NCBI GenBank assembly: GCA_964016885.1
Contig: OZ024740.1
Span: 352,346,001-352,410,000 of the forward strand
Direction: 5' to 3'
DNA length: 64,000 nucleotides
Source: Eledone cirrhosa
Taxonomy: Eukaryota
In this document: in pieces, positions 1-10,373 of the stretch
How the letters are laid out: every line of letters begins with the position of its first letter
Position numbering within the stretch: position 1 is the first letter of the stretch
Program-made: the position numbers and the translations under genes
The notes under the pieces: model-generated
Database searches by the model: none
Told to the model about the DNA's origin: nothing
Seen by the model: only the letters and a program-made list of their open reading frames with translations

Positions 1-2670
1 ATAGATTCCCATGTCATATTCATTGATAATGAGTGGGAAAATAGTCATTTGCAAGCACTTTTGATGTTAGTTTGAGGTGGTAACCACAAAAAAAAAAAGA
101 GCAGGTAGCAAATTTGTCACATTGATGTCCATACCATAGTGTGATGTAAATGGTATGAGTAAGTGTTCTGTAATAAATTTACCATATAGTGAAGTATGGT
201 TATGGTGTGGATTGGCGTAGATTAATGTGCTGTGGTATCCTTTGTTATAAGTGAGGATTTAAATTTCCACTTTGATTTATGTTAGAAAAAATATTTTTCC
301 TCTAATTTTGCACGTGCTATCAACTTCCTAGAAGCTCGCAGTGGACTATGCTTTTAGCATATTAACAAAAAATATGACTCCGGCTGCAATAAAAAATGAC
401 TAGCTTTGTAAATGGTATTTCCACCCACATCCTCCCTCTTTTTTCTACAAAGCTAGTCATTTTCATCAGGTTTCCATGTCATAACCATTGATAATATGTG
501 CATAAAATAGTAATTTGTGAGCACCTTTTATGTCAAATTGTGTGGTAAGTACAAAAAAAAAAAAAAAATAAAAAAAAATATGCCAGATGGAAATTTATCC
601 CACCAAAATCAATATCTTGGTGTGATGTAGTATGGTGTGGTTTGGTGAAGTTTCTACAAAGATAGTCATTTTCGACAGGTTTCCATGTCATAGTTATTGA
701 TAAGTGGGAAAAAAATAGTCAATTGGGAGCAACTTTAATGTCAGATTGGGTGGTAAGCACACAAAAAAAAAAAAGGAAACGGGAAGAAAATTTTTCACAC
801 CAAGATCAATAGCTTGGTGTGATGTAGTATGGTGTAACTTGGTTTGGTTTGGTTTGGTTTGGTTTGATTTGATTTGGTTTGGTGAAATTATGAAATGGAA
901 ACCAACTGTAAACGATAGATTCCCATGTCATATTCATTGATAATGTGTGGGAAAATAGTCATTTGCAAGCACCTTTGATGTTAGTTTGAGGTGGTAACCA
1001 CAAAAAAAAAAGAGCAGGTAGCAAATTTGTCACATTGATGTCCATACCATGGTGTGATGTAAATGGTATGAGTAAGTGTTCTGTAATAAATTTACCATAT
1101 ACTGAAGTATGGTTATGGTGTGGATTGGGGTAGATTAATGTGCTGTGGTGTGCTTTGTTATAAGTGAGGATTTAAATTTCCACTTTGATTTATGTTAGAA
1201 AAAAGTTTTTCCTTCATTTTTGCATGTGCTATCAACTTCCAAGAAGCTCGCAGTGGTCTATGCTTTTGGCATATTAACAAAAAATATGACTTCCACTGCA
1301 ATAAAAAATGACTAGCTTTGTAAATGGTATTTCCACCCACTTCCTCCCTCTTTTTTCTACAAAGCTAGTTATTTTCATCAGGTTTCCATGTCATAATTAT
1401 TGATAATATGTGCATAAAATAGTCAATTGCGAGCACCTTTAATGTCAGATTGGGTGGTAAGAACACACACACACAAAAAAAAAAGAAACAGGAAGAAAAT
1501 TTTTCACACTGTGATCAAAAGCATGGTGTGATGTAGAATGATGTAGTTTGTTATGGTGTGGTTTGGATTGTTGGAGTTATGACATGAGAACCTATTGCAA
1601 ATGATAGGTTTCCATGTTGATAACACATTGATAATGTAACACATTGATAATGTTACACATTGATAATGTGTAAAAAAATAGTCATTTGTGAGCACCTTTG
1701 ATATCAGATTGGGTGGTAAGCACACACACACAGTAAAAAAAAAAACAGGAAGAAAAATGTTCTCACTGAGATTAAGAGCATGGTATGATGTAGTATGGTG
1801 TAGTTTAATGTGGTATGGTTTTCCAAGCTCCAACATGCTCACAGCCGACTATGCTTTTACCATCATCATCATCATTTTACGTCCACTTTTCCCTGCTTGC
1901 AAGGGTGGGACGGGACCTGATTCTGGCTTGATTTCTACAGCTGGATCATTCTACAGCTGGATGCCCTTCCTAACACCAACCTCATTTACAGTGAGTGCTG
2001 GGTGGTTTTTGCCGTGGCACCTACACGACCACTTTGCAGTGGAATGATAGGGACACCAGTCCCTATCATCTCATTTCTACAGTTGAGTAAACTGGAGCAA
2101 TGTGAAATAAAGTATCTTGCTCAAGGAAACAACACACCACCTGGTCTGAGAATTGAACTCACAACCTTTCGATTGCAAGGTCAATTCTCTAACCACTAAG
2201 CCATGTGCCTCCATTACCATATTAACAACAAATATGACTTTCACTGCAATCAAAAATGACAAGCTTTGTGAATGGTATTTCCACCCACTTTTTTCTATAA
2301 AGCTAGTCATTTTCAACAGGTTTCAAAGTCTTCATTGATAATATGTGCAAAAAATAGTTAATTGCGAACACTTTTAATGTCAGATTGGGTGGTAAGCACA
2401 CACACAAAAAAGACAAAAAAAGCAGGAAGAAAATTTTTCCCACTGAGTTCAATAGCATGGTGTGGTGTAGTATGGTGTAGTTTGTTATGGTTTGGTTTGG
2501 TTTGGTTTGGTTTGGTGTAGTTTGTTATGGTTTGGTTTGGTTTGGTGTAGTTTGGTATGGTTTAGTTATAACATGGAAACCTATCATAAATTTACCAAGG
2601 TATGGTATAATCTGGTTTGGTGTAGTGTAGGTTAGTGTGGTGTGGTGTGTTATTGTGTTGCATCGTATAG
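1..2670. repeat. Complex tandem/fold-back repeat block: ~915-bp duplicated unit built from ~200-bp subunits with internal hairpins and (GGTTT/GTGTG)n tracts
   Basis: Position 1 ATAGATTCCCCATGTCATATTCATTGATAAT recurs at 916 and stays near-identical for >500 bp. The subunit GGTTTCCATGTCATA..TTGATAA..GATTGGGTGGTAAGCAC recurs several times. Perfect 18-bp inverted repeat at 393-410/446-463. Confidence 0.85.
1864..2213 (-). mobile_element. tRNA-derived CORE-type SINE with RTE-like 3' tail and (ATG)n end
   Basis: Minus strand: A box TGGCTTAGTGG, B box GAGTTCAATTC, CORE-like TTGAGCAAGATACTTTATTTCACATTGCTCCAG, tail GGAAGGGCATCCAGCTGTAGAA...GGACGTAAAATGATGATG. 7-bp TSD TTACCAT at 1857-1863 and 2214-2220. 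Confidence 0.85.
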
Positions 2671-2769
2671 CGTGATTCTCTTTAAATTAAAATCATTAAA
2701 ATGTAATGCCTATCTTCTATATCTTAAAGAGTGACCTTAAATGTAATTGCAAATGACTTTTTTCTTTGG

Positions 2770-5700
2770 ATTAATGTTAGATTTAGGGTTAGTGTTAGGG
2801 TAAGTTTTACTGTTAATGGTAAGTTTATTGTTAGTGACTGTGTTACTGTTAGCATTACTGTCACTGTTAGTCTTACTGTAACTGTTACTCTTACAGTTAC
2901 TGTTTGCGTTACTGTCTGCATCAGCGTTAGCATTTGCATAAGCGTCTATGTAAGCTTTTGTGTTGGTGCCTATGTAGACTGGTGTTAGCATCTGCGTTAG
3001 TGTTTGGATTAGCCTTAGCATTTGCGTACGTGTCAGCATTTGCGTCAGCGTCTGCATTGGTGATAGTGATTGTGTCAACATTTCCCTAAGCGTCTGAGTC
3101 AACATTAGTGTTAGCATTAGTGTTTGTTTCAGTGCCTGCGTCTACGTCGCTTCTGAGTCAGCATTATCATTAGCATCTGTGTCAGCACTTGTGTCAGTGT
3201 CAGCATTTCCCTCAGTGTCAGCATTTGCATCAGCGTGCACGTCAGCATTTGCATTAGTGTTTGAGTCAGTATTAGCATCAGCGTTTGCATTTGTGTAGGG
3301 GTTAGCATTTGCGTCAGCATCTGCATCAGCATTCACATTAGCATTAGCATTAGCGACAGCGTTTCCTTTAACGTCTTTGTCAGCATTTCCGTTAGCGTCT
3401 GTGTCAGTGTTTCCGTTAGCTTCTACGTCAGTGTTTCCGTTAGCGTCTGTGTCAGTGTTTCCGTTAGCTTCTACGTCAGTGTTTACGTTAGCGTCTGTGT
3501 CAGCGTCAGTATTTACATCTACATCAGCGTCAGTGTTTCAGTTAACGACAGTGTTTACGTTAGCGTCTGTGTCAGCGTTTCCGTTAGCATCTGTGTCAGC
3601 GTTTACGTTAGCTTCTATGTCAGCGTTTCCGTAACGTCTACGTCAGCGTTTCCGTTAGCATTGGCGTTTCCATCAACCTTTCCTGTGGCGTCCGCATCAT
3701 TGCAGCGTCTGCATATCCCATGTAAGCGTTAACTTCAGCATCTGCATCAGCCTGAGCCCTAGCGTCCACATCAGCATTTGCGTTATCGTCAGCATACACG
3801 TCAGCGCCGGCAAAACTGCCTCAACATTTACGTCAGCGTTAGCTTGGCTTTGGCTTCAGCAATCCGCATCAGCAATTGCGTTTTGGAGATCAGCTTCGGC
3901 GGTAAGGGTAAACGCTAACTTCTACGCCTGCTTCTACGTTAACAACTACGTCAGCGTTTTGTTAGCTTCTACGTCAGCGTTTACGTTAGCTTCTACGTCA
4001 GCGTCTACGTTAACATCTACGTCATCGTTTGTGTTAGCTTCTACGTCAGCGCTTACATTAGTGTCTGTGTCAGCATTTGTGTTAGCTTCTACGTCAGCGC
4101 TTACATTAGTGTCTGTGTCATCGTTTGTGTTAGCTTCTACGTCAGCGCTTACATTAGTGTCTGTGTCATCGTTTGTGTTAGCTTCTACGTCAGCGCTTAC
4201 ATTAGTGTCTGTGTCATCGTTTGTGTTAGCTTCTACGTCAGCGCTTACATTAGTGTCTGTGTCATCGTTTGTGTTAGCTTCTACGTCAGCGCTTACATTA
4301 GTGTCTGTGTCAGCATTTGTGTTAGCTTCTACGTCAGCGTCTGTATTTACATCTACATCAGCGTTAGCGTTTACATTTGCTTCTGTGTCAGCATTTACGT
4401 TAGCTTCTATAACATCTTTTACATTAGCGTCTGCATCTGTGTCATCGTTTACGTTAGCGTCTGTGTCAATGTGTGTTAGCATCTGTGCCAGCGTTTATGT
4501 TAGCGTCTGCGTCAGTGTTTATATTAGCATCTGCGTCAGTGTTTACGTTAGCATCTGTGTTAACGTGTGTTAGCGTCTGTGTCAGCGTCTGCGTCAGCAT
4601 TTTCATTAGTGTTTGCATCAGTGTTTCCTTTAGCTTCTACGTCAATGTTTACGTCTGCGTTAAGGTTCACATTAGCATCGCTGTCATCATTTGCGTCAGC
4701 ATTTGCGTTTGCTTTAACATCTGCATCAACATTTGCGTCTGTGTTTGCATTAGTGTCTGCATTTGCTTTAGTGTTTGCATCAGCATGAGCATTTGTGTCA
4801 GTGTCCACGTCAGCGTTAGAGTCTGTATAGCATTTATATCAGCGTGTGCGTCAGAGTCTTTGTCAGCATTCACCTTTGCACCTGCATCAGTATTCACGTT
4901 AGTGTTTGTGTCAGCGTAAGTGATTGTGTTAACATTTGCGCTAGCGTTTGTGCCAGCATAGCCATCTTCGTCAGTGTCAGCGTTGGTGTTAGTGTTTCCA
5001 TTAGTATTTGATTTTGTATTAGTGTTAGTGTTCAGGTTAGTGTTAGTGTTTGTGTTAGTGTTCAGGTTAATGTTGACTTAGTTTTCTGGTTAGAGTTAGT
5101 TTTCAGGTTAGGGCTCGTGTTACTTTTAGTGTTAGTGCTCAGGTTAGTGGTTTATGGTAGTGTTAGTTTTAGTGGTAGTGTTAGTGTTCAGGTTAATGTT
5201 TGTGTTAATGTCTGTTTTAGTGTTAGTGTTCAGGTTAGTGTTAGTGTTTACGGTAGTGTTAGTGTTAGTGTTTTATTTTGTGTTAATGTTTGTGTTAGTG
5301 TTTCCATTAGTGTTAGTGCTACTCTTTGTATTTCTCTTAATGTTAGTGTTTGTTTTAGTGTTGAGGTTAATGTTAGCTTAGTTTTCTGGTCAGTATCAGT
5401 TTTCGTGTTAGTGTTCAGGTTAGTGTTAGTGTTTCTTTTAGTGTTAGTTTTTATGGTAGTGTTAGTGTTACTGTTAGTGCTCAGATCAGTGTTAGTGTTT
5501 GTGTTACTGTTTATGGTAGTGTTAGTTTTAGTGCTAGTGTTTAGGTTAATGTTAGTTTTAGTGTAAGTGTTGAGGTTAGTGTTAGTGTTCAAGTTATGTT
5601 AGTGTTAATGTTAGTTTTAGTGTTAAGGTTAGTGTTAGAGATTGTGTTAGTGTTTGTTTTTGTGTTAATATTTGTCTTAGTATCTCTGTTAGTGTTAGTT

Positions 5701-7040
5701 TTAGTGTTAGTGTTCAGGTTAATGTTAGTTTTAGTGTAAGTGTTCAGGTTAGTGTTAGTGTTAATGTTAATGTTAGTTTTAGTGTTAAGGTTAGTGTTAG
5801 AGATTGTGTTAGTGTTAGCATTTGTTTTTGTGTTAATATTTGTGTTAGTATCTCTGTTAGCATTAGTGATTGATGTTTCCATTAGTGTTAGTGATTGTGT
5901 TAGCGTTAGTCTTTGTTTTTGTGTTAATGTTAGCATTAGTATTTCTGTTAGTGTTAGCATGAGTGTTTGTGTTAGTGTTCAGGTTAATGTTAGCTTAGTT
6001 TTCAGGTTAGTGTTAGTGTTCAAGTTAATGTTAGTTTTAGTGTTAGTGTTGAGGTTAGTGTTAGAGATTGTGTTAGTGTTATTCTGTTTTTGTGTTAATG
6101 TTAGCATTAGCATTTCTGTTAGTGTTAGCATGAGTGTTTGTGTTAGTGTTCAGGTTAATGTTAGCTTAGTTTTCAGGTTAGTGTTAGTGTTCAAGTTAAT
6201 GTTAGTTTTAGTGTTAGAGATTGTGTTAGTGTTTGTTTTTGTGTTAATATTTGTGTTAGTATCTCTGTTAGTGTTAGTTTTAGTGTTAGTGTTCAGGTTA
6301 ATGTTAGTTTTAGTGTAAGTGTTCAGGTTAGTGTTAGTGTTCAAGTTAATGTTAGTGTTAGTTTTAGTGTTAAGGTTAATGTTAGAGATTGTGTTAGTGT
6401 TAGTATTTGTTTTTGTGTTAATATTTGTGTTAGTATCTCTGTTAGCATTAGTGTTTGATGTTTCCATTAGTGTTAGTGATTGTGTTAGCGTTACTCTTTG
6501 TTTTTGTGTTAATGTTAGCGTTAATGTTAGCATTAGTATTTCTGTTAGTGTTAGCATTAGTGTTTATGTTAGTGTTCAGGTTAATGTTAGCTTAGTTTTC
6601 AGGTTAGAGTTAGTGTTCAAGTTAATGTTAGTTTTAGTGTTAGTGTTGAGGTTAGTGTTAGAGATTGTGTTAGTGTTTGTTTTTGTGTTAATATTTGTGT
6701 TAGTATCTCTTAGCATTAATGTTAGCATTAGTATTTCTGTTAGTGTCTATGTTAGTGTTCAGGTTAATGTTAGCTTAGATTTCAGGTTAGAGTTAGTGTT
6801 CAAGTTAATGTTAGTTTTAGTGTTAGTGTTGAGGTTAGTGTTAGAGATTGTGTTAGTGTTTGTTTTAGTGTTGAAGTTAATATTAGCTTAGTTTTCTGGT
6901 TAGTATCAGTTTTCAGATTAGTGTTTGTGTTAGTGTTACTTTTAGTGTTAGTGCTCAGGTCAGTGTTAGTGTTTATGGTAGTGTTAGTTTTAGTGCTAGT
7001 GTTCAGGCTTATGTTTGTGCTAATGTTAGTTTTATTGTAA
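2770..7040. repeat. Hexamer-periodic low-complexity array (TCAGCG/TTAGCG/TTAGTG variants) with 24-bp, 48-bp and larger higher-order repeats
   Basis: 6-bp periodicity throughout. Six copies of a 48-bp unit at 4034-4321 and 24-bp units at ~3380-3650. TTAGTG dominates from ~5000. Confidence 0.9.
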
Positions 7041-7044
7041 GTGC

Positions 7045-8120
7045 TATCAACTAATCCAATCTCCAAGATGCTTGAAACTGACTTTTCCCCCCAGGAAAAC
7101 GGTGAGGTAAAGTGGTTCCTCCTTCAACCGGATAACCCCTGCTTACTCGGAATTTTCTCTTTGATTCTATTTTCATGCGTTATCAGTGAATATGACTTCC
7201 AAACCAGTCAAAAACAACTAGCTTTGGAGAAAGAGGAGAGGGAGAGGGGAAGAGTTTTGCAGATCTACACCCCACTCACATGTTGTGGGACTTAATCATT
7301 TTCGGTATATTTCCTGTGCTATTTCCTGTGCTATTTCCTATGCTAATTCCTGTGCTATTTCCTGTGCTATTAATTAATCTGACCTCCTAGATGCTTCCAA
7401 TCAACTTATTTCCCTGGGTTAGGTTTAGGGTTGGGGTAATGTTTAGGGTTTGGTTTTAGGGTTGGGGTAAAGTTTAGGCTTTAGTTTTAGGGTTGGGGTA
7501 AAGTTTAGGGTTTAGTTTTAGGGTTGGAGTAAAGTTTAGGGTTTAGTTTTAGGTTTGGGGTAAAGTTTAGGGTCTAGTTTTAGGGTTGGGGTAAAGTTTA
7601 GGGTTTAGTTTTAGAGTTGGGGTATAGTTTAGGGTTTAGTTTTAGGGTTGGGGTAATGTTTAGGGTTTAGTTTTATGGTTAGGGTATAGTTTAGGGTTTA
7701 GTTTAAGAGTTGGGGTAATGTTTATATTTAGATTTAACTTCGTTTGGTTTAGATTTAGAGTCTAGGGTTGGGGCTAGATTTAATTTTATGTTTAATTTAA
7801 TTTTAGTTTCCAAATCCCAGGAAAAAAAATTGATTCAGAGTAACTAAAAGGTCAGATTAGTTGATATCACTCAAAATGAGACCGAAAAAAAATCATTAGG
7901 GTATATATCTACAAAACGACAATGGTTTTTCCACCCGCTTTACCCCTCCTTTTTTCTAGAACAACTAATCATTTCCAACTGGTTTGGAGGTCATATTCGT
8001 TGATAACATACAAAAAATCTTAGAGAAAACTCTGGGGTTAAATGAGAGAAGTGCATCCACCTAAGTTTTCCATGAAGAGAGAGTGAATAACAAACATCTT
8101 AGAGATCAGATTAGTTGATA
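7045..8120. mobile_element. Fold-back/MITE-like structure: diverged inverted arms (7045-~7405 and ~7830-8120) around a telomere-like array
   Basis: TATCAACTAATCCAATCTCCAAGATGCTTG pairs with CAAACATCTTAGAGATCAGATTAGTTGATA; GTTATCAGTGAATATGACTTCCAAACCAGT pairs with ACTGGTTTGGAGGTCATATTCGTTGATAAC; TTTTGCAGATCTACACCC pairs with GGGTATATATCTACAAAA; TAATCTGACCT pairs with AGGTCAGATTA. Confidence 0.7.
7415..7775 (+). repeat. Telomere-like 31-bp minisatellite (TTTAGGGTTTAGTTTTAGGGTTGGGGTAAAG)n, about 9-10 units
   Basis: Directly visible tandem units, each with two TTAGGG hexamers and one TTGGGG hexamer. Confidence 0.9.
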
Positions 8121-8304
8121 ACTGTTTCTACTTTTGGCACAAGGCCAGCAATTATCCCAGTACATTACTGGTACTTTATTTTATCGACCCCGTAAGGATG
8201 AAAGGCAAAGTAAACCTCGGCGGGATTTGAACTCAGATCGTAAAGGGACGTAACTATGCTGGAAAGCATGGCGTCCGACCTTCTACCGATACTGCCAATC
8301 CACC
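8121..8304 (-). mobile_element. Nin-domain tRNA-SINE (octopus OK-like), full length
   Basis: Minus strand: TGGCAGTATCGG A box, GAGTTCAAATCC B box, then the Nin core GCCTTTCATCCTTACGGGGTCGATAAAATAAAGTACCAG. Confidence 0.85.
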
Positions 8305-8339
8305 AACACATGACAAAAAGCTGAGGAAAAAATTTTGGG

Positions 8340-8580
8340 TGTTATTTGGTATGGAGTAGTGTGATATGTTTTTATGTGGAGTGGAGTAGTGTGGTGTGTT
8401 TTTATGTGGTGTGATGTAGTGAGGTGTGGTGTGTTGTGTTGTGGTGTGGTGTTATGTGGTGTGGAGTAGTGTGGTGTAGTGTTGTATATTTTTATGTGGT
8501 GTGGTGAAGTGTGGTGTGATGTGGTGCGGTGCACTGCGATGTGGTGTGGTGCAGTGCGGTTCAGTGTTGTGCAGTGAGGT
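8340..8580. repeat. Degenerate (GTGTG/GTGGT/GTAGT)n pentamer microsatellite
   Basis: 5-bp periodic tract of the same type as at 2455-2660. Confidence 0.85.
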
Positions 8581-8771
8581 TCTTCATCTTTATCTTTCTC
8601 TTCTTCATCTTTGTATTCATCTTCTTTGTTTTGTCTTCCATCTAAACAAAAAAATATATATATAAAACATATATGTAGCCAATCTCTCAGACTTTTACAA
8701 AGCTCCAGGGAGATAAATTTAATATAAATGGTGTGTTCCTGAACAGAGATACTACAAAATAGCTTAAAAGC

Positions 8772-8803
<32 letters not shown>

Positions 8804-8961
8804 AATAAATATACACGGGTGTGTATGATTGTGTATAGAAGATTATATTAATAAAAGGAATTCCAACTTTGTCTGATCTACTCGTTTTATTTACAATCCT
8901 TTAAAATTATAATGGTATTAGAATGAAATAGTATGGTAGAATATTAAGTGTTAAGTGTTAA

Positions 8962-9002
8962 ATGAACAAGTAATTTCATGCTTTCGCAATCTTCAGGTTC
9001 AT
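8962..9002 (-). ncRNA. Minimal type I hammerhead ribozyme motif
   Basis: AUGAAC-CUGAAGA-U-UGC(GAAA)GCA-U-GAAA-UUAC-UU-GUUCAU: 6-bp stem I, intact core, stem II with GAAA loop, 1-bp stem III, UH cleavage site. Confidence 0.6.
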
Positions 9003-9309
9003 AGCTAAATGAACAATAATAATTCTTAGGGGTAGAAAAACCCTAGAAAATGTTATTTACATAATTTCTAAAAATAGCAAAACAATTGATGCTTTGGATA
9101 GAGCCAAATAGAAGTCGTTAGACATGCTAAACCAACCATGATGCCTAAACCAATCAGCTTCAGTAATCCAGTGAAACTACACACCAATTGGTCGAAATAC
9201 AGTTTGCAAAATTTAGCATTCTGCAGCCGCTTTTCACTGTATATAAGGCACAAAATTTACCCATCTCATTACAGTTGAAAATTACAAACTTGACTGTCAC
9301 CACAGAATA

Positions 9310-9348
9310 TGAACCTGAAGATTGCGAAAGCATGAAAGTACATGTTCA
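9310..9348 (+). ncRNA. Minimal hammerhead motif, second copy (palindromic GUAC loop 3, U16.1 changed to A)
   Basis: UGAAC-CUGAAGA-UUGCGAAAGCAU-GAAA-GUAC-AU-GUUCA. Confidence 0.45.
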
Positions 9349-9414
9349 ATTCACATTTAACACTTAATATTCTACCATACTATTCTGATTACATCTATAA
9401 AATTCAGATTACAT

Positions 9415-9880
9415 CTATATATATACACATACATATATATATATATATACACATACATATATATACATTCATATATATACATACATACATATACATATAT
9501 ACAAATACACATATACATGCATATATATACATATATGCATATATATACATGCATATATATATACATATACAATATGTATAGGATTCCTTTCCCTTTGAGC
9601 ACATAATTTACAGGGAATAACGCGACTCTATGGCTCCGTTTATTTATCTTCATATATATATATACATATGTATACATACACACATATATATACATACACA
9701 CACACACATATATGCATACACACATATATATATATACACACACACACATATGCATACACACACATATGCATACACACACATATATATACATACACACATA
9801 TATATACATACACACACACATATATATAGATATACATACATATATATACATATATAGAGATTCATACATACATACACACA
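9415..9880. repeat. Degenerate (TA/CA)n microsatellite
   Basis: Alternating purine-pyrimidine tract. The overlapping YI/CV-rich ORFs are artefacts. Confidence 0.95.
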
Positions 9881-10219
9881 CATCATCATCATCATCATTT
9901 CATTTAACGTCCGCTTTTCCCTGCTTGCAAGGGTGGGACGGGAACTGATTCTGGCTTGATTTCTACAGCTGGATGCCCTTCCTAACACCAACCTCATTTA
10001 CAGTGAGTGCTGGGTGCTTTTTTGCTGTGGCACCTCCACGACCACAGTGGAATGATAGGGAACCCAGTCCCTATCGTCTCATTTCTACAGCTGAGTAAAC
10101 TGGAGCAATATGAAATAAAGTGTCTTGCTCAAGGAAACAACACATCACCCGGTCTGAGAATTGAACTCACAACCTTTCGATTGCAAGGCCAATGCTCTAA
10201 CCACTGAGCCATGTGCCTA
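9881..10219 (-). mobile_element. Second copy of the CORE-type SINE with RTE-like tail
   Basis: Colinear and highly similar to 1864-2213, with a (CAT)n end and a tRNA-like head. Confidence 0.85.
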
Positions 10220-10221
10220 TC

Positions 10222-10373
<152 letters not shown>

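Larger units (their letters stand above)
8925..9390. mobile_element. Inverted Penelope-like pseudo-LTR pair, each arm carrying a minimal hammerhead motif
   Basis: ~75-bp inverted arms at 8929-9003 and 9308-9385, both containing CTGAAGA-stem-GAAA. TATATAA lies upstream of the plus copy. A Penelope GIY-YIG fragment lies 2.6 kb away. Confidence 0.6.

Noticed and set aside
2140-2213. tRNA-like sequences with A/B boxes (also ~10150-10219, 8220-8304, 14129-14215)
   Set aside because: SINE heads that run on into CORE/Nin domains, with no complete cloverleaf.
4034-4321. Regular 48-bp repeats considered as a CRISPR array
   Set aside because: Contiguous tandem units with no unique spacers, no cas genes, and a eukaryotic context.
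5117-6891. Long LV-rich (plus) and TN-rich (minus) ORFs
   Set aside because: Direct consequence of (TTAGTG)n periodicity. Open in several frames with no domain, so not credible CDS.
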